Shown: in pieces, positions 1 to 10,798 of the stretch | How the letters are laid out: each line of letters begins with the position of its first letter | How positions within the stretch are numbered: the first letter of the stretch is position 1 | Assembly: GCA_964490245.1 (NCBI GenBank) | Contig: CAZBAF010000005.1 | Location: 3,216-67,215 of the forward strand | Direction of reading: 5' to 3' | DNA from: an uncultured Candidatus Saccharibacteria bacterium | GTDB taxonomy: Bacteria; Patescibacteriota; Saccharimonadia; Saccharimonadales; JACDBH01 | DNA: 64,000 nt | The notes under the pieces: model-generated | Databases searched by the model: none | Told to the model about the DNA's origin: nothing | The model's input: only the letters and a program-made list of their open reading frames with translations | Position numbers and translations under genes: made by a program

Positions 1-66
1 TATGTTTTTATCCGGACAGGTTCCCTCTCAGACCGTAACTTCAGGCCGGGCTTGCATGTACTATTT

Positions 67-80
67 TGGCTCCTCCCAGA
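67..80 (-). repeat. 14-nt copy of the tRNA-Phe 3' end
   Basis: tggctcctcccaga equals the T-stem/acceptor 3' end of the intact tRNA-Phe at 413-488. No other tRNA parts lie around it. Confidence 0.6.
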
Positions 81-238
81 ATACTCCTGCGCGCCGAGAA
101 ACTATTTTCTCGGGCTTAGGATATAGCCGTTTGGCCGGAAAACTGACCGGCCAAGCCGTTATTGAACCGCCGACAGGCAGCGGTTCAGGTTGGCAATAAC
201 GACCACGAAAAAACCCGCCACAGGGGCGGGTGCTTTCG

Positions 239-256
239 TGGTGGCTCCTCCCAGAC
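239..256 (-). repeat. 18-nt copy of the tRNA-Phe 3' end including CCA
   Basis: tggtggctcctcccagac is identical to 413-430. On the minus strand it is followed by a hairpin (cccgcc/ggcggg, 214-230) and a T-run, like the intact gene. Confidence 0.7.
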
Positions 257-380
257 AGCGGTCTTTGACCTTCTCCAGCCAAAAGGGTCGAAAGCAAGCT
301 TTCGCGTTCCTTTTGGCTTCCGCCGAACTGACCCGCCAATCGGCGGATCCCAGTTCGAGCCTGCAAAGATATCAGCCAAG
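257..380 (-). repeat. right-type structured tRNA-flank module (Phe locus)
   Basis: Read on the minus strand it has an anti-T-loop-like ggctcgaactggg, a ccgcc-gatt-ggcgg hairpin, a 9-bp gccaaaagg/ccttttggc stem, and ends gagaaggtc before the 3' fragment. The order of elements matches the module at 1597-1699. Confidence 0.45.
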
Positions 381-411
381 TAAAAACCCCACGCGCAGGT
401 GGGGGTTTTAC
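381..411 (-). terminator. rho-independent terminator after tRNA-Phe
   Basis: The minus strand reads aaaacccccac-ctgcgc-gtggggttttt directly after the CCA end. Confidence 0.7.
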
Positions 412-412
412 T

Positions 413-488
413 TGGTGGCTCCTCCCAGACTCGAACTGGGGACACAAGGCTCTTCAGGCCTCTGCTCTACCAACTGAGCTAAAGAGCC
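413..488 (-). tRNA. tRNA-Phe (anticodon GAA), CCA encoded
   Basis: The reverse complement ggctctttagctcagttggtagagcagaggcctgaagagccttgtgtccccagttcgagtctgggaggagccacca folds as a cloverleaf with anticodon loop CTGAAGA. Confidence 0.92.
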
Positions 489-620
489 GAATTTAATCGA
501 TCTATGAAGTTGATTGTAAATGCCCTCGTCGCGCTAAAGGCTCTAACGCTCGGTGTTAATAAATTGTAACACCTCGCTACCTTGTCAAGCCGTAAAGGCT
601 TGACCGGCGTCAGGCCATTA

Positions 621-644
621 CTCTACCAACTGAGCTAAAGAGCC
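621..644 (-). pseudogene. tRNA-Phe 5' fragment (acceptor 5' strand plus D-arm)
   Basis: ggctctttagctcagttggtagag is identical to the first 24 nt of the intact tRNA-Phe. It then diverges into 132 nt of hairpin-rich spacer. Confidence 0.7.
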
Positions 645-721
645 GCAAATTACGGATTAGCACGACGCCGCTTATTTTACTGCAGAACGGGGAATTTCTC
701 AAGGTGACTTTATGGGTACGG

Positions 722-1078
722 CTAGGCCATCATGGCCAGGCTTTTTGACAGCTCGCTCAGATCTGCAATCTGCTTGTCTATGTCGACAAACTTCATATCG
801 GCTTCGCCCTGGGCTGCAGTAATGTCCCGTTCGAGCTGCTTGATCTCGTCATCCAGGCGACGCACCTGTGTGTCAAACTGTACTCGTTCGAGCTCGTTCT
901 GGGTCCGGGCCTGCTGCTGGCGAATGATGTTCTGTTGCGATTTAAGTTCGTTTATTTGCTGCATCATCTCATTCTTGCGCGCATCTGTTTGCTCTTTGAC
1001 TTGCTGACGCAGGAGCCTCAGATCATCGGTGGCGCGCAGAATATTGGTAGCGGCGGTCTGTAGGTGAACATTTGGCAT
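722..1078 (-). CDS. hypothetical coiled-coil protein (118 aa)
   Basis: The ORF has a Q/E/R/L-rich heptad-like composition, an aaaggatcatcctc sequence before the ATG, and its own promoter at 1188-1217. Confidence 0.6.
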   Translation of the reverse strand: MPNVHLQTAATNILRATDDLRLLRQQVKEQTDARKNEMMQQINELKSQQNIIRQQQARTQNELERVQFDTQVRRLDDEIKQLERDITAAQGEADMKFVDIDKQIADLSELSKSLAMMA

Positions 1079-1187
1079 GAGGATGATCCTTTATTAATTA
1101 AGGCATCTTAAAGTATAAAAAGAGGAAGCGGTCAGTGTCTGTAAGAAAGATTACAGCGCATTGCACGAAAAATGACCCTATCTTCTT

Positions 1188-1217
1188 ATTATAGCACAGA
1201 TTACGTATGTTTGTCAA
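1188..1217 (-). promoter_or_regulatory. sigma70-type promoter P1 (TTGACA-N18-TGcTATAAT) with conserved leader
   Basis: The minus strand reads cttgacaaacatacgtaatctgtgctataat followed by aagaagatagggtc. It is a member of the 3-copy motif family (see 16615 and 48451). Confidence 0.65.
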
Positions 1218-1277
1218 GTCTCGGCTAAAATTCTTTGCTTATCTCTGTTGATATGATATTATTCTTTGGATAATTCC

Positions 1278-1330
1278 GGGTTGTTAGCTCAGTTGGCCCT
1301 GGTCTCTCGTTTACACCGAGAGGGTCGGGG
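1278..1330 (+). pseudogene. tRNA-Val 5' part (positions 1 to the 5' strand of the T-stem), decayed D-arm
   Basis: The first 19 nt and a further 26 nt (tctcgtttacaccgagagggtcgggg, including the TAC anticodon loop) are identical to the intact tRNA-Val at 1477-1553. It is interrupted right after gtcgggg. Confidence 0.75.
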
Positions 1331-1452
1331 TGAGAACTGCCAGTGGCTCCGCTGAAGAGCGGATCGCAAGGGAATCTTCCGATGCAAGCTGTGCTTGCAA
1401 TCGCGAAGTTCCGGGCCCGCCGGAGGTGGGTCGAGTCCTGGACTCGAACCCC
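1331..1452 (+). repeat. left-type structured module V (122 nt)
   Basis: It starts tgagaactgccagtgg, contains tcgcaagg, a long hairpin at 1371-1412, and a terminal near-palindrome ggtcgagtcc-tg-gactcgaacc. It is collinear with 24143-24262. Confidence 0.6.
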
Positions 1453-1476
1453 AATTAGTTTTACAATTACAAACAA

Positions 1477-1553
1477 GGGTTGTTAGCTCAGTTGGCTAGA
1501 GCATCTCGTTTACACCGAGAGGGTCGGGGGTTCGAGTCCCTCACAACCCACCA
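1477..1553 (+). tRNA. tRNA-Val (anticodon TAC), CCA encoded
   Basis: gggttgttagctcagttggctagagcatctcgtttacaccgagagggtcgggggttcgagtccctcacaacccacca forms a 77-nt cloverleaf. Confidence 0.92.
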
Positions 1554-1555
1554 TG

Positions 1556-1586
1556 AAAAAAGCCGTCACTTGTGACGGCTTTTTTC
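1556..1586 (+). terminator. rho-independent terminator after tRNA-Val
   Basis: aaaaaagccgtca-cttg-tgacggctttttt. Confidence 0.8.
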
Positions 1587-1596
1587 ATGGTATGAT

Positions 1597-1699
1597 CCGG
1601 GGACTCGAACGGGAATGTCCAGTGGACATTCCCCGCCCTTGGCTTTTCGGCTGTGCTGAAAAGTTTCTGTAGCAAAAGTAAGTTTCTTTTGCGCAGGAA
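1597..1699 (+). repeat. right-type structured module V2 (103 nt)
   Basis: ggggactcgaac (complement of a T-loop), hairpin ggaatgtcc-agt-ggacattcc, hairpin cttttc-ggctgtgct-gaaaag, ending gcaggaag. Confidence 0.55.
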
Positions 1700-1723
1700 G
1701 GTCGAGTCCCTCACAACCCACCA
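1700..1723 (+). pseudogene. displaced tRNA-Val 3' part (T-loop to CCA)
   Basis: ggtcgagtccctcacaacccacca matches 1530-1553 of the intact gene at 23 of 24 positions. Confidence 0.75.
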
Positions 1724-1730
1724 ATACAAG

Positions 1731-1758
1731 AGACCCTGCTGCCAAGTAGGGTCTTTTG
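1731..1758 (+). terminator. hairpin plus T-tract after the tRNA-Val 3' fragment
   Basis: agaccct-gctgccaagt-agggtct-tttg. Confidence 0.55.
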
Positions 1759-1878
1759 TACTGACGGATCATAATTCCGCCCGGCGGCAACCTGACAAAA
1801 TGCCGGCAGGCACTATGAAAAAGCAAGCCACAAGTGCTATACTAAAACCATAAACTAACAGGGGAGAGAGACAGAATT

Positions 1879-2445
1879 ATGATGTGGTTACTTATTGTCG
1901 GCGGCGTTGTGTTGCTGCTGGTTATTATTTTTGCAGCAATGTACAACGGCCTGATCAGGCTGAATATTCGTGCCGACGAGGCCTGGAGTGACATAACCGT
2001 TCAGATGAAGCGCCGGCTTGACCTTATCCCAAACCTTATCGAAACAGTCAAGGGATACGCCAAGCACGAAAAGGGCGTGTTTGAAGAAGTTACCCAAGCC
2101 CGTACGGCGATTATGAATGCCCAGGGTCCTGCAGAAACGGGCCGGGCCGAGAACATGCTGGAAGGCGCACTAAAGAGCATTTTTGCAGTTGCCGAGGCAT
2201 ATCCTGATCTGAAGGCTGATGCCAACTTCCGTGATCTGCAAGCCGAGCTGGTTGATACTGAGAACAAAATCCAGGCCTCACGCCGGTTTTATAACGGTGT
2301 AGTACGCGACTTTAACACCAAGCGCCGGGTGTTCCCGACCAATATCTTTGCCAGCATGCTGGGCTTTAAAGCCGACCGCGAGTTCTTTGATGTTGAAGAT
2401 GGCGAACGCGAAGAAGTCAATAAGCCGGTATCGGTCAAATTTTAA
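1879..2445 (+). CDS. lemA: LemA family membrane protein
   Basis: An N-terminal TM helix is followed by YNGLIRL...EAWSDI...RRLDLIPNLIETVKGYAKHE, typical of LemA. Confidence 0.88.
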   Translation: MMWLLIVGGVVLLLVIIFAAMYNGLIRLNIRADEAWSDITVQMKRRLDLIPNLIETVKGYAKHEKGVFEEVTQARTAIMNAQGPAETGRAENMLEGALKSIFAVAEAYPDLKADANFRDLQAELVDTENKIQASRRFYNGVVRDFNTKRRVFPTNIFASMLGFKADREFFDVEDGEREEVNKPVSVKF

Positions 2446-2479
2446 AAGTGTATTTTGTATAGCGTATTACGTATAGCGT

Positions 2480-2854
2480 ATGACTAATCCAATTAACTCA
2501 TTTACGCAGTTGAGGACATGGCAAAAAGCACGCGATTTTGCAGTTGCAGTCTATAAAACTACAGCTGAGTTTCCTGCATCAGGAAAGTACGGGATGTCAT
2601 CACAGTTACGTCGCGCCACCGTTTCGGTTGCGGCAAACATAGCGGAAGGCTTCTCTCGTAACACCGCTAAAGAAAAGTTGAATTTTTATGGAATGAGCCT
2701 CGGTTCACTGACTGAAGTGCAGAGTCATCTATATATCGCACATGATCTTGGGTTTGTCAGCAAATCACAACTTGTGCTGCATATAGACGAGTCGGTAGCT
2801 ATACAGAAGATGATCAATGGTTTAAAGAAAAGTGCGAAAGGGAGAGATACGTAA
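2480..2854 (+). CDS. four-helix-bundle protein (23S rRNA intervening-sequence protein / Avd-like family)
   Basis: TWQKARDFAVAVYKTT..FP....YGMSSQLRRATVSVAANIAEGFSR..........GSLTEVQSHLYIA matches the family pattern. The gene is flanked by ~18-bp inverted repeats. Confidence 0.8.
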   Translation: MTNPINSFTQLRTWQKARDFAVAVYKTTAEFPASGKYGMSSQLRRATVSVAANIAEGFSRNTAKEKLNFYGMSLGSLTEVQSHLYIAHDLGFVSKSQLVLHIDESVAIQKMINGLKKSAKGRDT

Positions 2855-2881
2855 TACGGTATACGTACTACGAGATACGTT

Positions 2882-3763
2882 ATGTATAGTTCAATCACTG
2901 CCAACAAGCGCAAGACCGTCATTATTATGGCGTTCTTTGTGGTGCTGATTGGTGGGCTGGGATGGGTGTTTAGTCAGCTGTATGGCGGCGGGGCGCCCAG
3001 CGTGACGATTGGTGTGCTGATCGGTGCACTGATCTACACGCTGATCAGTTACTACAGTGCGTCAAAGATTGCGCTGGCGGTGAACGGTGCGCAAGAGATC
3101 CAACAAAAGGACAACCCGCGGCTGTACCGGATTGTTGAGAATATTGCCATCACCGAGGGCATGCCTATGCCGAAAGTGTACGTCATGCAGGATGCGGCGC
3201 CGAATGCATTTGCGACCGGCCGCGACCCCAATCATGCGGCTGTCTGTGCAACAACCGGCCTGCTGAAGATTATGGATGACAGCGAGCTGCAGGGCGTCAT
3301 GGCCCACGAGATGGGACATGTGAAGAATTATGATATCCGGGTCAGTATGATTGCCTTTGCTATGGTGGCAGTCATTGGTTTGCTGGCCGATATTCTGCTG
3401 CGCATGACGTTCTTCCGTGACCGCAACAGCAACAACAACCAGATTATGCTGCTGCTGGGTATCGCCGGGGCGATTTTGGCACCGATTGCTGCCATGCTGA
3501 TTCAGCTGGCAATATCGCGGCAGCGTGAATATCTGGCCGATGCCACCGGGGCGCTCAGTACGCGTTACCCAGAGGGGCTGGCCAGTGCGCTCGAAAAAAT
3601 CGGCCAGTACGGATCGGCACTCAAAAGTCACCAAAACTCCAGCACAGCCCATTTGTTTTTTGCCAATCCGCTGAAGGGCAAGAGTATTGCCGCACTGTTT
3701 AGTACCCATCCGCCCATAGAGGAGCGGGTTGCCCGTCTGCGTAGCATGGGGACAAAGGCGTAG
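2882..3763 (+). CDS. htpX: zinc metalloprotease HtpX (M48)
   Basis: HEMGH motif, four TM segments, and a C-terminal STHPPIEERV. Confidence 0.92.
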   Translation: MYSSITANKRKTVIIMAFFVVLIGGLGWVFSQLYGGGAPSVTIGVLIGALIYTLISYYSASKIALAVNGAQEIQQKDNPRLYRIVENIAITEGMPMPKVYVMQDAAPNAFATGRDPNHAAVCATTGLLKIMDDSELQGVMAHEMGHVKNYDIRVSMIAFAMVAVIGLLADILLRMTFFRDRNSNNNQIMLLLGIAGAILAPIAAMLIQLAISRQREYLADATGALSTRYPEGLASALEKIGQYGSALKSHQNSSTAHLFFANPLKGKSIAALFSTHPPIEERVARLRSMGTKA

Positions 3764-3770
3764 CAATCCG

Positions 3771-6739
<2,969 letters not shown>

Positions 6740-6797
6740 AGTCATTGTTTTGCGCTACAATAAGGGTAAACGAGAGGGAGACTGACAAGAGACTGCG

Positions 6798-7376
6798 ATG
6801 ATTGACCTGATTAATCCTGTGGCTAAAGAGGCACTTAGCCAAAGCCTCGATAAATATTTCATGAAGTGGGACGAATATGTCGCGCGCATGGGATTGTATG
6901 GTATTGCCGAAAAGATGCGGCCGGTGGCCGTTGGTTGGAAGGTCGGCAGCCGGGCCGAGTACCGCCGGGTGATGAGCGTGCTGGACAACTATGCGCTGCA
7001 GATCCACAGCGTAACGGTCGGCAAGCGCAAGATTGCTACGGTGGTTTTAAACGAGCCGCTGGCGCGCGGTATTACCGTGATAAAGGTGATCGAGCGGCGC
7101 GAGGGCTCGCGTGATGTGGTGGGGCTGGATCATGTAGATTTTTATCTGCCGATGATTGAGGGTATCGCCGAAATGCTGGAGCGCGGTGAGGCCAATTGGC
7201 GCCGCCAGGGCAGCGGCGAGTACAAGCGCCTGAGCGTGCGTTTTGGGCCCGAATCACTTTACGAGGCCAAAATTATAGATCACACAGTGCTCAATATTGC
7301 CGCTGACGAGCTTAACTACGCCAGCCAGAAAATTCTTAACCCCTCATCAAAACTCAAAAAACCGCACCTGGATTAG
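6798..7376 (+). CDS. hypothetical protein (192 aa)
   Basis: A clean ORF in a coding-dense context. I recognise no motif (possibly a VOC-like fold, unverified). Confidence 0.55.
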   Translation: MIDLINPVAKEALSQSLDKYFMKWDEYVARMGLYGIAEKMRPVAVGWKVGSRAEYRRVMSVLDNYALQIHSVTVGKRKIATVVLNEPLARGITVIKVIERREGSRDVVGLDHVDFYLPMIEGIAEMLERGEANWRRQGSGEYKRLSVRFGPESLYEAKIIDHTVLNIAADELNYASQKILNPSSKLKKPHLD

Positions 7377-7434
7377 GGTTTAAATCTATCGCTGTATCTG
7401 TTATAATTTGCTCCGAGAATTGAAGCTAGTTGAT

Positions 7435-7511
7435 GGGGCTGTAGCTCAGTTGGCTAGAGCGCTTGTATGGCATACAAGAGGTCTGGGGTTCGAGTCCCCA
7501 TAGCTCCACCA
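7435..7511 (+). tRNA. tRNA-Ala (anticodon GGC), CCA encoded
   Basis: ggggctgtagctcagttggctagagcgcttgtatggcatacaagaggtctggggttcgagtccccatagctccacca has a G3:U70 pair. It has no flanking partial copies. Confidence 0.9.
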
Positions 7512-7543
7512 AGTAGTTTCAAACCGGGTTTGCTGCCACTGCA

Positions 7544-8839
7544 GTGGTATACTTAACGGTAATGAAGAATTTCTTAAAAGGTCTCGTTGTTGCCGTTCTG
7601 GGGTGGCAAGTCAGGCGTTTGCGCAAAAAACATCCCATCAAGGTGGTTGGCGTGGTGGGCAGTATCGGCAAAACCAGTACCAAGCTGGCAATTGCCCAGA
7701 CTTTGGGCAAAACCTTGCGGGTGCGGTATCAGGAGGGGAATTATAACGATATTGTCACGGTGCCGCTGATCTTTTTTGGCCAGGAGGCACCGAGTCTGTT
7801 CAATCCATTAGCGTGGCTGAAGGTATTTATCAGTAACCAAAAGCAAATCCGGTCGTATCCGTACGACGTGGTGGTGGTAGAGCTTGGAACAGACGGGCCG
7901 GGGCAGATTGCGGCTTTTGGCAAATATCTGCAGCTGGACATTGCCGTCGTAACCGCAGTCACCCCCGAACATATGGAGTTTTTCGCTGACTTGCAGGCGG
8001 TAGCGGACGAGGAGCTGTCTGTAGCGGCGTATAGCAACCGTGTAATATACAACGCCGATCTGGTCGCCGAAAATTTCCGTACTGCACTGCCCGAGGGTTC
8101 TTTGTCGTACAGCCTCAATACAGCCGGCAGTGATTTTTACCTGGCTAATACGTTTCATTCAGCCGCAGGGTATGAGGGCGATATAAAGCATGGCGGCGAA
8201 ATCTATCTGCATGTCAGCCACGAGGTGGTGTCAAAAGTTCAGTTGTATTCGTTGCTGGCGGCGGTGGTGGTCGGCAAGGAGCTGGGGCTTAAGAACGTGC
8301 AGATTGCCGCCGGACTGGCTGCAATCCGGCCGGTCAGCGGACGGTTTAGGCGTTTGCGCGGTATTAACGGCAGTATGATTATCGATGATACCTATAACTC
8401 CAGTCCTGAGGCGGTCAAAGCCGGTCTGACAACATTATACGAGCTGGATACGCCGCAGCGTATTGCGATCTTAGGCAGCATGAACGAGCTGGGGGCGCTC
8501 TCGCCTGCTGCCCATAAAGAGGTCGGCGAATTTTGTGATCCTGACAAGCTGGCCCTGGTTGCAACCATCGGTACGGAGGCCAACACTTATCTGGCACCTG
8601 CGGCCGAAGCCAAAGGCTGCAGCGTTAAGAAGTTTGATGATCCGCATGCGGCTGGCGAATACATACAAAGCAAGGTAGAGGCAGGGGCGGTGATTTTTGC
8701 AAAAGGGTCGCAAAATGGCGTATTCGCTGAAGAGGCAGTCAAAAAACTGCTGGCCGATCCTGAAGACGCCGGCAAGCTCGTCCGCCAATCGGACTATTGG
8801 CTGGCACAGAAAGCGAAACAATTTAAACGGAAGGTGTAA
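7544..8839 (+). CDS. murF: Mur ligase, MurF-like (UDP-MurNAc-tripeptide--D-Ala-D-Ala ligase)
   Basis: GVVGSIGKTSTK P-loop and a Mur ligase central and C-terminal layout. It is adjacent to ddl. Confidence 0.78.
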   Translation: MVYLTVMKNFLKGLVVAVLGWQVRRLRKKHPIKVVGVVGSIGKTSTKLAIAQTLGKTLRVRYQEGNYNDIVTVPLIFFGQEAPSLFNPLAWLKVFISNQKQIRSYPYDVVVVELGTDGPGQIAAFGKYLQLDIAVVTAVTPEHMEFFADLQAVADEELSVAAYSNRVIYNADLVAENFRTALPEGSLSYSLNTAGSDFYLANTFHSAAGYEGDIKHGGEIYLHVSHEVVSKVQLYSLLAAVVVGKELGLKNVQIAAGLAAIRPVSGRFRRLRGINGSMIIDDTYNSSPEAVKAGLTTLYELDTPQRIAILGSMNELGALSPAAHKEVGEFCDPDKLALVATIGTEANTYLAPAAEAKGCSVKKFDDPHAAGEYIQSKVEAGAVIFAKGSQNGVFAEEAVKKLLADPEDAGKLVRQSDYWLAQKAKQFKRKV

Positions 8840-8840
8840 T

Positions 8841-9761
8841 ATGGCAAAGATATACGAGAAGGTATTCTTTGGTGACAGGTTGATCGGGCTAGATAACGCA
8901 CAGCTTAGTGTGGCCAGTTCGGCGGTTTTGTATGGACTGAGTGTTTATACGGTCTTTCCGCTTTCTATAACAGATGAGGGTGGTTTTGTAGCATTCCGGC
9001 TGGAGGATCACTTTAGGCGGCTGACTGATTCGGCAAAAATCATTGGCATTGATGACTTTGAGAAAAACTGGGATCTTACTAAGTTTACAGACGCTATCAA
9101 AAGGCTGGTGCTGGCAAACAAGCCGGAGGAGTCGGTTTTTGTGCGGGCAACGGTGCACGTTGATGATTTGGTGCCGGGGACCCGGTCGCGTGGCCTGCAC
9201 ACTTCGCTAAGTATTTTTTTGTATGAAGCGACACCGATTTTGCCTAAAAATGGCGCACGGCTTAAGACCAGTGTGTGGCGGCGTATTCCGGACTACGCTA
9301 TTCCGTCGCGCGCAAAAGTGAACGGGGCGTATGTGAACTCTGTGCTGGCTAAGCAGGATGCTATCGACAGCGGTTATGATGACTGTATTTTTCTTGACGC
9401 GCACGGTCATGTTTGCGAACTCAGTGCGGCCAATATTTTTCTGGTGCGCGGCGGCGAGTTGATTACCCCTGATGCGACCAATGACCTGCTCGAGGGCATT
9501 ACGCGGCGGACCGTTATTCAGCTGGCTAAAGATGCAGGCATACCGGTAGTCGAACGTTCAGTTGATTTGACCGAGCTATACATAGCCGATGAGGTATTTG
9601 CCTGCGGTACATCGGCATATCTGACGCCGATTACCGAGATTGATGCGCGCCATATCGGAAAAAACGGCCGCCCCGTTACCCAGAGGTTGCAGGCGCTTTA
9701 TCAGGAAGTCCTGCAGGGCAGCAACGATCACTATGCCCGCTGGTCAACCCGCGTGTCCTGA
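8841..9761 (+). CDS. class IV aminotransferase (D-amino-acid or branched-chain type)
   Basis: The start is moved to the ATG at 8841 (MAKIYEK), just after the murF stop. It has the fold-type IV pattern ...AKVNGAYVNSVLAKQDA...GITR. Its 3' end overlaps ddl convergently by 31 nt. Confidence 0.8.
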   Translation: MAKIYEKVFFGDRLIGLDNAQLSVASSAVLYGLSVYTVFPLSITDEGGFVAFRLEDHFRRLTDSAKIIGIDDFEKNWDLTKFTDAIKRLVLANKPEESVFVRATVHVDDLVPGTRSRGLHTSLSIFLYEATPILPKNGARLKTSVWRRIPDYAIPSRAKVNGAYVNSVLAKQDAIDSGYDDCIFLDAHGHVCELSAANIFLVRGGELITPDATNDLLEGITRRTVIQLAKDAGIPVVERSVDLTELYIADEVFACGTSAYLTPITEIDARHIGKNGRPVTQRLQALYQEVLQGSNDHYARWSTRVS

Positions 9762-10672
9762 AGAGCAAAGCCGAGCAGGCCGTCTATCAGTTGCTCCATA
9801 GAGTAGCCTGCCTGTTTGGCCATGAGCGGAAGCAGGCTTGCATCTGTCAGGCCAGGTATGGTGTTTGTCTCTAGCACGTGCAGATCTTCGTTTTTATCGA
9901 CAATCATGTCAGTGCGCGACATATGTCTGCAGCCGGTCAGGTTATGTATCTGTAATGCGACGTCCTGGGCCTTTCTCTGCACTTTTTCGCTGATATTACG
10001 GGGCGGGCATAGTTCGCGGGTGGAGCCGTTGTATTTGTTTTCGTAATCAAACTCCTTGCCATCGGGCGGTATGATTTCGACGACGGGCAAAGCGATGTCG
10101 CCGAGGATACCGACAGTTATTTCGGCTCCTTCGATAAGCGGTTCAAGCAACATGCCCGCAGGATATTGCTCCAGTAAGCTCATGGCGGCCTCTCTGTCGT
10201 TGTCGGTGGCGTTCCGGGCGATTAGGGTGTCAAGACTGCTGCCGCCCCGATTTGGTTTAAGTACGAACGGTTCTTTAAACTCAGGATGCATAATCTCGTC
10301 AGAAAAATCGTCAAAGACCTCGTGCACAATTGCGCCCCTACTGGCGGGCAGTCCGTTTGCAAGCAGAAGCTGTTTATAATTCCATTTGTTCCAGCACAGC
10401 CTGGAAGCTGCACTGCCGCTGCCCACAAAAGGAATGCCTAGATCTTCGAGCTGGTGTTGCAGAGTACCATCCTCACCGCCCTCTCCGTGCAGGGCAAGAA
10501 ACACTGCGTCAATACCATTTATATATGGTTGGAGGCTGAAGGCTTTATCTGGCGGATCGACTTCTGCGACTGTATGGCCCAGTTGTTCGAGGGCTCTATG
10601 AACCGCCTTACCGGAGCGAATGGAGATTTCGCGCTCGTTAGAATAACCACCGGCGACTAAAAGAATACGCAT
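9731..10672 (-). CDS. ddl: D-alanine--D-alanine ligase
   Basis: MRILLVAGGYSNEREISIRSG... has an ATP-grasp layout, 313 aa. Confidence 0.92.
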   Translation of the reverse strand: MRILLVAGGYSNEREISIRSGKAVHRALEQLGHTVAEVDPPDKAFSLQPYINGIDAVFLALHGEGGEDGTLQHQLEDLGIPFVGSGSAASRLCWNKWNYKQLLLANGLPASRGAIVHEVFDDFSDEIMHPEFKEPFVLKPNRGGSSLDTLIARNATDNDREAAMSLLEQYPAGMLLEPLIEGAEITVGILGDIALPVVEIIPPDGKEFDYENKYNGSTRELCPPRNISEKVQRKAQDVALQIHNLTGCRHMSRTDMIVDKNEDLHVLETNTIPGLTDASLLPLMAKQAGYSMEQLIDGLLGFALQDTRVDQRA

Positions 10673-10798
10673 AGGACAAGTATATCAGGAGCCTTGCTGC
10701 TTTTGCTGCAGCCGTACGGTCGAGGCAGGTTCAGGCAGGTGCAGTATTTAGCTTTTATGTCAGGGCGGTATATAATCTCATGCAAACCAGGAGGCAAG

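Noticed and set aside
346-360. The plus-strand cccagttcgagcctg resembling a sense T-arm, suggesting a hidden plus-strand tRNA.
   Set aside because: No acceptor, D or anticodon arms can be built around it. On the minus strand it corresponds to the anti-T-loop element at the start of the right-type module.
2-477. Five overlapping ORF-track entries (65-128 aa) on both strands at the window start.
   Set aside because: They run through tRNA-Phe, its fragment copies and terminator hairpins. They have Pro/Arg/Gly-rich low-complexity translations and overlap one another in several frames. None has an RBS.
1350-1366. CTGAAGAG resembling the hammerhead CUGANGA core.
   Set aside because: It is simply the loop of a local 5-bp hairpin (tccgc-tgaaga-gcgga). 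No GAAA or stem I/III context is present, and it is absent from the paralogous modules.
1331-1452. The tRNA-interrupting modules as group I (or other self-splicing) tRNA introns.
   Set aside because: At 90-122 nt they are too short for a group I core. Removing the modules does not restore the tRNA sequence: in the Gln copy 5 nt of the anticodon loop are missing, and no 3' exon follows the T-loop module directly. No group II domain V motif is present.
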